DNA of 64,000 bases from Candidatus Aenigmatarchaeota archaeon (GTDB taxonomy: Archaea; Aenigmatarchaeota; Aenigmatarchaeia; GW2011-AR5; JACRAC01). Positions 33,955 to 42,716 of this stretch are shown here, in pieces. A program made the translations under genes and the position numbers. The stretch spans positions 5,663 to 69,662 of the forward strand of contig JACPJV010000039.1 of the NCBI GenBank assembly GCA_016187395.1, given 5' to 3'. Position 1 is the stretch's first letter. The number at the start of each line of letters is the position of its first letter. Below the pieces are notes generated by a model that saw nothing but the letters and a program-made list of their open reading frames with translations, was not told the origin of the DNA and did no database searches.

Positions 33955-36069
33955 ATGGCTGACGAGGATCGCTACATTACGCATATCCTGGTTTTATCCA
34001 TACTTTTCATGTCTGTGACAGCGGTATACTTTCAGGTTTATTCAGGACTCTCGTCTACAGAGTCTACGCGGGCTACTGTTTCCGTAGTAGGAATAGCCGA
34101 GAATGTGAGCGAGAATATAACGCCTTCTGCTCCTGCAAAACCCTCTGCTGAACCGGTTCCGGGCGGTGCCAGACCAAGAAAAATTCCGCAGCCAGAATTC
34201 CAGAAACCTCCGCTTGAGGCAGACCTAAGGCTCTACCCATCCTGCACAGAAATACCTATTAGCGTTGCAAAGCACAGCGATTTTGTAAAGCTGCTTAGCG
34301 CTGTACGTGAGCCGAACTCAACTGTAAACAGCAGCATATATTTCCAGGATTTTCTGAACGCGAGCTTTGCATACGAACAGTCCGGGAATGTTGTTGGAAA
34401 AGATGAAATAACGCTGATTGTTTTTGACCTTAAAGGCGCGAGGGACATAGGCTCTATCGTCCTGGAATTAGAAATTCCCCGTTCTCGAATCAGGGAATAC
34501 GGAATAGATCCTGATACGCTAACGCTTTTGCACAGATATCCAGACGGCAGCTGGAGAGCCAGCGCAGGTGTGCTGCAAAAAATCGGGGAAAATTCTACCG
34601 CTCTCAGATACCTGGTTAGGATGGAAAAGCAGGAGTTTCGTTCATCCTTGTTTGCCGTGAGCGGAGGCCCGAGACCCCTGCTGTGTCAGCTGTGCGAAAG
34701 CGAACCGTGGAGCCAGTGCGTGAAAGGACAGGAAACAAGATTATACAACGAATGCGGCGAACATACAAGCTTCGCATGCAGGCCCATGGCGCAGACAAGG
34801 CTGTGCGGAGTGGCGGTTGCCCAGCCAGTCGCACCCCCTCTAGAGCCAATAATTTTTGCAGCTGTGGCCATACTTGTCAGCCTGGCCTTTGTAATAAGAG
34901 CTGCAACAAGAAACAGAGAGCGCCAAAGACCTCTGTACCTGATTATGGCGGCAATTTTTATAACATTATCCGCCGTGTTTACCATAACAGCATACAGCAG
35001 CGTAGAGCCGACAGCGGACACAATATTCCTGCAACCTGAAAATATCATCGTGTCTGCCTTTGCTGTCACAGAGCAGGTGCAAAATCCGTCTGCAGCCATG
35101 ACCCCGTTGCTGCTGGAGGCAGTGACGCTGAAGCCGGACTTCCAATACATTCCTGAAGAGGATGCGTACAGCGTTATTGCAAGCTCCAACATAACCAGCC
35201 TATGCGGATATGGAAACGCAGAGGCTTATTATGTATATTCAAAAGACGGGGGGCAGCTGACTGAAAAGAGTGAAACCGTGTCAGCTGAAATACCTTCGAC
35301 ATTCTCGATGAATATAACCACCGTGAAGGCATGCGACAAAATATCCTATTCTGTTATTGTTATAGACAAAAATAAACTGCCGGTATACGGAGGCCGCATT
35401 GATGCAGCAGCTCCATGCGAAGCCGAGACTCTGGAGATCGAGGCGGAATTGTTCATACCGGTTGACGGCCCTTCAGGGGAATTTTACGAAGCAGCTAATA
35501 TTTCAGAAAGGGCGCCGTTCAGAATCAAGGCAGGGAATTTCCTGGGATCTGACATGACCGTTATAAACAGAGGCGCTGCAAAGCCCGTGCAGCTTGAGCT
35601 GGAGTATGGGATAGCGGACCTGCAGAATAATTCTATCGTGTTTGTGCGCGAAAATATCACGCTAGACGAAAGGCTGGAGCTGCGCAGAAAAATACGCGTT
35701 CCGCCAGAAACGAAAGAAGGATTCTACTCCTTCTACGCCATGCTATTTGACCTGACAGGAAGGCGGAGAGCGGATACGTCAGAGATAATCTACGTATATG
35801 TCGTGGCAGTTCCAGGACCTGCATTCCCGCAGGACATCATCCTGATATTCATGCTATACGTGATACTTTTGCTCATACTGTTTTTTGCCTACTACAATAG
35901 AGACAGGTGCTATATATGCAAAAAAACGGGCGTTCAGAGGTGCAGTGTGTGCAGGAAATACGTCTGCAAGAGGCATCTGGTCAAGAAAAAGGAATTTTAT
36001 TGCATCAGGCATTCAGAGCCGGCATCAGACAAAGGGAGAAAGCCAGGCATTTGGAATTGGAAAATTTAG
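33955..36069 (+). CDS. multi-pass membrane protein with extracellular domains, TSP1-like Cys motif and C-terminal zinc ribbon
   Basis: ATG at 33955. TM segments lie near aa 20-40, 310-330, 345-365 and 625-650. Contains CQLCESEPWSQC...CG...AC...C. C-terminal CYICKKTGVQRCSVCRKYVCKRH...YCIRH. Confidence 0.7.
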   Translation: MADEDRYITHILVLSILFMSVTAVYFQVYSGLSSTESTRATVSVVGIAENVSENITPSAPAKPSAEPVPGGARPRKIPQPEFQKPPLEADLRLYPSCTEIPISVAKHSDFVKLLSAVREPNSTVNSSIYFQDFLNASFAYEQSGNVVGKDEITLIVFDLKGARDIGSIVLELEIPRSRIREYGIDPDTLTLLHRYPDGSWRASAGVLQKIGENSTALRYLVRMEKQEFRSSLFAVSGGPRPLLCQLCESEPWSQCVKGQETRLYNECGEHTSFACRPMAQTRLCGVAVAQPVAPPLEPIIFAAVAILVSLAFVIRAATRNRERQRPLYLIMAAIFITLSAVFTITAYSSVEPTADTIFLQPENIIVSAFAVTEQVQNPSAAMTPLLLEAVTLKPDFQYIPEEDAYSVIASSNITSLCGYGNAEAYYVYSKDGGQLTEKSETVSAEIPSTFSMNITTVKACDKISYSVIVIDKNKLPVYGGRIDAAAPCEAETLEIEAELFIPVDGPSGEFYEAANISERAPFRIKAGNFLGSDMTVINRGAAKPVQLELEYGIADLQNNSIVFVRENITLDERLELRRKIRVPPETKEGFYSFYAMLFDLTGRRRADTSEIIYVYVVAVPGPAFPQDIILIFMLYVILLLILFFAYYNRDRCYICKKTGVQRCSVCRKYVCKRHLVKKKEFYCIRHSEPASDKGRKPGIWNWKI

Positions 36070-36099
36070 GTTTTTAAGTTTACTTAACAAAATCAGGCA

Positions 36100-36516
36100 A
36101 TGGATGAATGCATATTTTGCCAAATAGCTTCAGGAAAAATGGAGTCGTTTAAGGTGTACGAAGACGACGACTCATTTGCATTTTTAGACATACACCCGGC
36201 AGCCCCTGGGCACACTCTTGTTGTGCCTAAAAAACACACAGCCGATATATTTGACATAGATGAAATATCGCTGCGCAGGCTGGCAGGATCTCTCAGGCAC
36301 ATAGCTTCTAAGATAAAGAATGCAATAGGCAGCGATATCATGATAATGCAGAACAACGGCCGTGCAGCAGGACAGATCGTTGATCACATACATTTTCACG
36401 TCATCCCCCGAACAGAGGGTGACGGCATAGGCCTTATGCGCGGCATGGCGGAACTGACAAAAGAGCAGATGGAGGAGATCCAAAACAAGATAAAAGAAGC
36501 TTCTTCAGATGATTGA
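36100..36516 (+). CDS. HIT-family nucleotide hydrolase/transferase
   Basis: CIFC N-terminus, HTLVVPKKH, and the histidine triad DHIHFHVIPR. Confidence 0.9.
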   Translation: MDECIFCQIASGKMESFKVYEDDDSFAFLDIHPAAPGHTLVVPKKHTADIFDIDEISLRRLAGSLRHIASKIKNAIGSDIMIMQNNGRAAGQIVDHIHFHVIPRTEGDGIGLMRGMAELTKEQMEEIQNKIKEASSDD

Positions 36517-36625
36517 GCAGTATGCCAAAAGTCCCTGGAGAAACCGTTATAGTTTTAACATCCTTTAAGCAGAATTTGAGGATTTCTGTACTTCGAAAGA
36601 TACATTCAGTAGCAGACTGTATGAT

Positions 36626-36795
36626 GTGCACCTATACTCCCCTGCCTAAAGGCAGGGGTTTCCCTGTGTGCACAGCATCTCGAAAGCCCCGGTATCTTAC
36701 AAGAAGGAGCAAAGCTCCTTCTGTACAGGAGAACTCTTCGAGTTCTCCTTGTATCCTCTGCTTAAAAGCAGAGGTTTTAGAGGGGCTTTCGAAGA
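36626..36795. repeat. composite hairpin repeat cluster (family F1)
   Basis: CCCCTGCC-TAAA-GGCAGGGG, then the outer stem TCTCGAAAGCCCC/GGGGCTTTCGAAGA enclosing three perfect hairpins in a cloverleaf-like layout. Confidence 0.8.
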
Positions 36796-37003
36796 TAAAA
36801 AAGCCTTCTATTCCTATTTAGAAACGATGTCAAATGCGTTTGTTAGCCACATCAAGATTTAACAAACAAGCAGAAGGCTTCGGTTTTCCGCCTTAATGAA
36901 TTGCTTTCTGCGCATCGGCTATTTTGTAAAAGATAGAAAGGTCAGTTTTGGCACATGGCCAGATGATTGAGATGCTTTTATAATTTTATGATCAATCCTA
37001 ATC

Positions 37004-37315
37004 ATGGACCAGAAGTACCAGAGATTTCCAGCTGTTCAAAGATCTATAAACAATATCAACGTAGAAACTGACATACGCGTCAGGATTATAGGAAGGATTG
37101 CAGATAAGCTTCCTGACGGCATAGTCCTGCAGGATCTGGAAGGAGCGCAAGCAGAAGTTCGCTTTGACAGGCCAATATATCATGATGCAGGCGCATTCGT
37201 GAGGATATTTGCGCGTGTTTTGCCTCTGGAAAACGGCTTTGAGCTGAGCGGGGAACTTATACAGCCCGTGAATAACCTGGATATGGAGCTGCATAGAAAG
37301 GTTTTTTCTTACTAG
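37004..37315 (+). CDS. hypothetical small protein (possibly OB-fold)
   Basis: 103-aa ORF with beta-rich composition. No diagnostic motif. Confidence 0.4.
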   Translation: MDQKYQRFPAVQRSINNINVETDIRVRIIGRIADKLPDGIVLQDLEGAQAEVRFDRPIYHDAGAFVRIFARVLPLENGFELSGELIQPVNNLDMELHRKVFSY

Positions 37316-37614
37316 CCAAAGAAAATGTAGCCCATTATTACAGAGATTATCATGGATATTACGGAAAGCACAGATATTATTATCCTCAACGCGCGATTAT
37401 GCAAAGAGGTGCGGATGTATATAGCGAAAAGAATTGCCGGGAGTATCATTACTAACAGAAGAAGCTGCGATTCAAAGAATGCATAAGCCTGATAGCTCAA
37501 TGACAGGGACCAGACGAGAATGATTATGTACAGTATGAACATGTAGAAGAAATGCGCAGGGTATTTTTCAGGGTCAAGTTCAATGGGCATATGATAGTTG
37601 ATATAATTAAGCAA
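37312..37614 (-). CDS. hypothetical membrane protein (3 TM)
   Basis: 100 aa, three hydrophobic helices. Confidence 0.45.
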   Translation of the reverse strand: MLNYINYHMPIELDPEKYPAHFFYMFILYIIILVWSLSLSYQAYAFFESQLLLLVMILPAILFAIYIRTSLHNRALRIIISVLSVISMIISVIMGYIFFG

Positions 37615-37673
37615 ATAAAGATAATTAGTCTAAAACCGAAACCTTTAATTATACTTCCAGCCATGAATAGAAC

Positions 37674-39620
37674 ATGAAATACCATTATCTGGCGTTACTT
37701 GCGTTTCTAATTGCAGCTGGGATTTCTTATGCTTCGCATATAGAGGTTCCTGCAGGATTTGCATCGCCTGACGCTATTTCGTACCCTGCTAACGTACAAG
37801 TACCTGCAAGCGGGTCTGCTTCTCTCACCATAAACATAGATCACGATATCGTATGGGGGAATGTTTATTATCTTGATGACGGAAGATGGATTCCGTATCA
37901 GCTAAGCGGCACGTTTATAGGAAGCACAGACTGGATTGAAGGCCCTGCTACAACAACTATAAGCATACCTTCAAGCGCGTTAAGCGATCAAAATAATCTT
38001 ATTATTATAACTTACGGCTGTGACGGATCATTTACGGCAGGATGGTCGTGCAGCAGCGCAGACGGCGACCCTGCATGGGAAGTACTGATTATTCCGATAT
38101 CGACGCAGCCTGCTGTGCCACCGCTGCCATCAGGAGCTATATGCGGAGATGATGTCTGCGAATTAGGCGAGGATGAAAACAGCTGCCCTGCTGATTGTGC
38201 ATCAGGATCAATCACAGAACCTATACCAGAAGGCTGGCCCACTTTCCTGCACGACGACCAGAGGACAGGCGTGGCTGACGGCGACGGGCCGCAGCAAGGA
38301 ACGGTAGCGTGGACAAAAGCAGGCGAAGTGCTGGCACGGGATAGCACCGGTGCGCCTACAAAAACCAAATATTTCGGGGATGAAGGGGTTTTGGCTGCAG
38401 ATGCTGGCAGGGTCTACGTGCATACAACGGTGTGGCAAAGGGGCGATCACTGGGATTATATTACAGCTTTGAATCCGGCAACAGGCGCGATGAAATGGGA
38501 ATACCGGATGCCTTTGTGCACAGACGGTTTCGCGGACAGACGCAGCGACAAAACTACAAATGTGCGCGATATAATCCTGGAAGGCGGAACGCTCTATGTG
38601 CCGCAGGACGGGGCTAAGTGCGGTTTTGATTACGGAACATTTACATCAGACGCGATGACCGGCTCAGGCGGAGGATTTATTGTGCTGGGCGCGGAAACAG
38701 GTTCCCTTGAAAGGACTCTCCACAAAACAGAATACAAGTTCTATGATGTGCCTTCGTCTGCAGAGAATATTATAGTATCAGGCAACAGAATCTATTATTA
38801 TTCGCAAAAGGACTATCTGGTTGCTTTAGATTCTTTCACAGGCGCAATCATATTCAAGACCCCGATTGCTAATCTTGGAGAGGGCGGCTCAATATCTTCC
38901 CTTTCTTTGTCCCCTGACGGCATACTGTATGCCAACGGCGTAAAAGAAGAAGTTGTGGGTGAGGATGAGGTACGCAAGAGCTATATTATAGGCTTTGACA
39001 CAACAACAGGGGCAAAGGTATTTGAGAAGACCTTCGAGTTGACTGAAGCGGGAAGGATATCGGCACCGCTTGTGATAGATGGCGACTATCTCTACGCCAA
39101 AGCCGGAGAAAGATCAACATTTGCGGCTGGAAGCGGTCCTGGAAGCGAGCTGGTGAGGATTAACAGGAAAGACGGGACTTCTTCAATAGTCTATTCTGAC
39201 CAGAAATACACGCTTTTCTTTGTGGGGCCTGACGGCACAAGCTATGGCATGGGAAGCAATGCGAGGATTGGGCCAAAGAAGACTGCCGGCAACAGGGCAA
39301 TCTACCGCTATCAGAGCGGAGACACAGACGCATATATCGGAGTGGGGGACGCGGGCAAGATAGTGTGGGTTGCTGGCGCTCCATCCGGCGATGAGGTTGG
39401 TGTGGTTGCCGCAGCAGACGCGATATTCGACACAAGAGACGCCAGCGGTGGCACGGGCATAGATAAAACTGAATTTTATAGTTATAGCCCGATGGACAGC
39501 ACTTTTGGGTGGAAACTAATGCAAGACGGAGAATTTGATATTGCCTTTGCATCGAACGGCGCGCTTTACGTGACTAATAACGAGGAAGGCGAAGGCAGGA
39601 CGCTGACAGCCATAAAGTAG
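37674..39620 (+). CDS. secreted PQQ-like beta-propeller repeat protein
   Basis: Signal peptide, a Cys knot CGDDVCELGEDENSCPADC, and a WPTFLHDDQRTG entry motif typical of PQQ-like propellers, followed by repeated strands. Confidence 0.7.
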   Translation: MKYHYLALLAFLIAAGISYASHIEVPAGFASPDAISYPANVQVPASGSASLTINIDHDIVWGNVYYLDDGRWIPYQLSGTFIGSTDWIEGPATTTISIPSSALSDQNNLIIITYGCDGSFTAGWSCSSADGDPAWEVLIIPISTQPAVPPLPSGAICGDDVCELGEDENSCPADCASGSITEPIPEGWPTFLHDDQRTGVADGDGPQQGTVAWTKAGEVLARDSTGAPTKTKYFGDEGVLAADAGRVYVHTTVWQRGDHWDYITALNPATGAMKWEYRMPLCTDGFADRRSDKTTNVRDIILEGGTLYVPQDGAKCGFDYGTFTSDAMTGSGGGFIVLGAETGSLERTLHKTEYKFYDVPSSAENIIVSGNRIYYYSQKDYLVALDSFTGAIIFKTPIANLGEGGSISSLSLSPDGILYANGVKEEVVGEDEVRKSYIIGFDTTTGAKVFEKTFELTEAGRISAPLVIDGDYLYAKAGERSTFAAGSGPGSELVRINRKDGTSSIVYSDQKYTLFFVGPDGTSYGMGSNARIGPKKTAGNRAIYRYQSGDTDAYIGVGDAGKIVWVAGAPSGDEVGVVAAADAIFDTRDASGGTGIDKTEFYSYSPMDSTFGWKLMQDGEFDIAFASNGALYVTNNEEGEGRTLTAIK

Positions 39621-39748
39621 ATGTTCTGTTTCTATGTTGCGGTATATGTGCAATGCCAGAAACAAACAGAACCTTTCTGCTAACAAGATTTCTACAATCT
39701 GCCAGCCCTCTATTTCCTTCTTTAATCCTTCTCCTGAAAAATATTGTC

Positions 39749-40774
39749 ATGCCACGAATAATCATGCACATAGACATGGACGCCTTCTATGCAGCTGTTG
39801 AGGAGCGCGATTCCCCTGAGCTGAAAGGCAGGCCTGTCGTTGTCGGTGCGAGCCCGAAAGGCGGGAAAGGTCGCGGCGTGGTGAGCACGGCGAATTATCT
39901 GGCGCGAAAATATGGCATCCACAGCGGCATGCCGATTTCTATTGCGTACAGAAAATGTCCTTCTGCTGTATTTCTTCCTGTAAACATGCGCAAGTACCAC
40001 GCAGTGTCACAGGAGATTATGGGGATAGTAAGAAAACACGGAGAAAAGTTTGAACAGGTTAGCGTAGACGAGGCTTTTCTAGAATTGCATAAAAGTTACG
40101 ATGAGGCAGCTGAAATAGCAAAGAAGGTGAAGGAAGAGATAAAGGAAAGGGAAAGATTGACGTGCTCGATAGGCATAGGACCTAACAAACTTGTTGCCAA
40201 AATAGCTTCAGATTACCGGAAACCAGACGGGCTTACTGTGGTTAAGCCGGAGGATGTGCTCAGTTTCTTGTCGCCCCTTAATGTGCGCAAGATTCCGGGC
40301 ATAGGCCCGAAGACAGAGGCTGCTCTGAAGGCAAGAGGAATAGAAACGGTAAGGCAGCTTCGCGCCACGCCTTTGTTTGCGCTAAAGGAGTGGTTCGGAG
40401 ATAAGTTCGGCGGATATTTTCATGAAATGGCGCGGGGCATTGATGAAAGCCCGCTGGAAGAGGAAAGGGAGGCAAAATCAGCGGGCGCTGAGCATACATT
40501 TGACGAAGACACAAACGACAGGACAAAAATATACGGCGTGCTGGCGCAGATGGCCCGTGCGGTGGTCAAGCCACTGAAAAATCAGAAATTCAAAACAATC
40601 GCAATAAAAATCAGGTATGAAAACTTTGAGACGCATACGGCGCAGCGCACGCTAAAACATTATTCGGGCAGCTATGAAGAATCCCTGGAAGTTGCAAAAA
40701 AGCTTCTGGAACCTTTTCTGCAGAAAAACAGGAAGATAAGATTGATCGGTCTCAGTGTCAGGAAGTTCGGGTGA
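39749..40774 (+). CDS. dinB: Y-family DNA polymerase IV (DinB/Dpo4-like)
   Basis: Start at ATG 39749 (MPRIIMHIDMDAFYAAVEE). Also SVDEAFLE and SIGIGPNKLVAKIASD. Confidence 0.9.
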   Translation: MPRIIMHIDMDAFYAAVEERDSPELKGRPVVVGASPKGGKGRGVVSTANYLARKYGIHSGMPISIAYRKCPSAVFLPVNMRKYHAVSQEIMGIVRKHGEKFEQVSVDEAFLELHKSYDEAAEIAKKVKEEIKERERLTCSIGIGPNKLVAKIASDYRKPDGLTVVKPEDVLSFLSPLNVRKIPGIGPKTEAALKARGIETVRQLRATPLFALKEWFGDKFGGYFHEMARGIDESPLEEEREAKSAGAEHTFDEDTNDRTKIYGVLAQMARAVVKPLKNQKFKTIAIKIRYENFETHTAQRTLKHYSGSYEESLEVAKKLLEPFLQKNRKIRLIGLSVRKFG

Positions 40775-40892
40775 TGCAAAAATAATTTTGATGTGATTTG
40801 TGTGCCAAAAGTCACGCGATGGGCAAGAGCAAAAAAAACGGGCTGAAGGTCTTTACAACATTGATAGAGGGTTACAAAGTTGGACTCTCTTT

Positions 40893-41043
40893 TATAGTGA
40901 TGCAAGGAATACAAGAATGAGCGAAGCTCATTCTGTACAGCAGGAACTTCGTTCCTGCTTGTAAATCAGGATATAATACTTCCTTGCTCACTATATGTGA
41001 AACCACAAGTATGATATCCTGTTTATTTTGTGGTTTCACTATA
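40893..41043. repeat. family F1 full unit (about 150 nt)
   Basis: TATAGTGATGCAAGGAAT, two hairpins, AAATCAGGAT...CTTCCTTGCTCACTATA, then TGTGAAACCACAA...TTGTGGTTTCACTATA. This is the inverted counterpart of 61942-62100. Confidence 0.85.
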
Positions 41044-41063
41044 ACGAAAAGTATATATATCGA

Positions 41064-42191
41064 ATGAAGCGATTTCAATGCATGAAAAAGGAGCCGTCGC
41101 CGAAGAATTTCATTCTGCTGATGGTAGCGCTGATGGCCATGGCTACGTCATACACCCTGATAACAGACAACAGCAGCTTTACAGGATTCGTGACAGAAGA
41201 CGATTACGGGGTCACCAGCCCGTACGCGGAGGACATAACGCCAAACGAACAGGAATTGCAGCAAGGCGCTCCTGTATTCACATCATTGAGCGTAAGCCCG
41301 GGAGCGACGACGAGGTGCGGCACTGGCCTAACCGGGGAACATGCTGCGGAGAACTGTGGAACGCACAATCCGAAGAGTCCAGTGCAGACAACGTTTTCAG
41401 CTGAAGGTTATTCTCCTGACGGCCTTTCGGTGAAACTGGAATGCAAATACAAGGCACTTGCAGGCGCCAGGATAGACATATGCGAGAGCGACTTTGTTGA
41501 AGAGAATCCTTCATGTTCAACGAGCAGAATTGGCGGGTACGCTCCGTATCTATACTCCCTAGGCACAGCAGACGGATGGAAGAGATTTAATGTTCACTGT
41601 TTCCTCACGGACTCGGAAGGAAAGGTTTCCGACTGGACGAGCGCCGAATACAGAAGCGTTGACTTCAAGCTGGCAGATACGGATTACTATAAAAAGGCAG
41701 GGTATGCCATGTGCACTGAAATATCTGACGATGCCAATGACCCGGCTGTGAAGGGAGTGGCAACGACTTTGAATCCAGCGCGCACGTATACAGACAGCTG
41801 TTCAGGGACAAAGCTTGCAGGCGGCACGACCAGGGTTACGCAATATTACTGCCCAGGTCCGATGACTCCCAGCCCGTATGTGAAATCCCAGGAGTGTCCG
41901 ATAGGACAGGCGTGCATTGACGGAGCATGCCAGACCGTCACGCTCAGTTCAAGCGATATTCCCAAGTGTACAGACACAGACCCTGCAAATGACCTTGCTG
42001 TGAAAGGCGAATTAAAAGTTGTAAGGAACGGGCGCACGTCTGTGCTCAAGGACTCCTGCTATCCAAAGACGGTAGCTAACCCGCGGGTATTGCAGTATTC
42101 CTGCGCTTCTACGTATCAGGGCTATTCAAGCGCCATCAAGCCGTGCCCGAGTGGAAAGATGTGCTCGGATGGTGCCTGTGTTGCCAGATAA
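41064..42191 (+). CDS. secreted Cys-rich repeat protein
   Basis: Signal or anchor sequence. Two copies of the module C-(T/E)-D-D...G...D-C...QY-C...C-G--C-DGAC. Start at ATG 41064 or 41082. Confidence 0.7.
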   Translation: MKRFQCMKKEPSPKNFILLMVALMAMATSYTLITDNSSFTGFVTEDDYGVTSPYAEDITPNEQELQQGAPVFTSLSVSPGATTRCGTGLTGEHAAENCGTHNPKSPVQTTFSAEGYSPDGLSVKLECKYKALAGARIDICESDFVEENPSCSTSRIGGYAPYLYSLGTADGWKRFNVHCFLTDSEGKVSDWTSAEYRSVDFKLADTDYYKKAGYAMCTEISDDANDPAVKGVATTLNPARTYTDSCSGTKLAGGTTRVTQYYCPGPMTPSPYVKSQECPIGQACIDGACQTVTLSSSDIPKCTDTDPANDLAVKGELKVVRNGRTSVLKDSCYPKTVANPRVLQYSCASTYQGYSSAIKPCPSGKMCSDGACVAR

Positions 42192-42318
42192 ATTCTCCAG
42201 GTGCAATGCACAAACCATATTTCTGAAATTTGGATTTTTCACAGAAGGCGTTTTCTTCTCGAACAGAACGTGAAATGATTTGCTTCTATATATGTCACGC
42301 AGGCGAAGGCCTGCCGGG

Positions 42319-42661
42319 TCTTGAAGCAAAGCCTTGGAAGAGCGAAGCTCTTCAAGGTCCCGAAGAAGCTTTGCTTCTTTGCAGGAAAGCAGAGGTTTTA
42401 GAGGGCTTCCGAAGATATAGTGAAGCAAATTAATAATCCCGACTAGAAATTTGCTTCACATATAGTGCGCAAGGAATTATCATATAGCGATTTATTCCTT
42501 GCAGCACTATAAATATGCAGCGAGGGCAAACTGGTTTTGTCCCAAAGCCAACACTACCAAAAGAGATAAATTAGCAGATACAGCAGGAGCTTCGCTCCTG
42601 CTTGTAGTGCGCAAGGAATTATTATATCAGACTAATCCTATTTATTCCTTGCAGCACTATA
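42319..42661. repeat. composite hairpin repeat clusters (family F1, two adjacent)
   Basis: Contains a 40-nt block identical to 33791-33830. Modules include TATAGTGAAGCAAAT...ATTTGCTTCAC and TATAGTGCGCAAGGAAT...ATTCCTTGCAGCACTATA (the latter twice). Confidence 0.85.
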
Positions 42662-42716
42662 TCCAAATTGTTCCGACGGTGATAGCTTGCCCGTGTACCA
42701 TGACAAGAGTCCGGCG

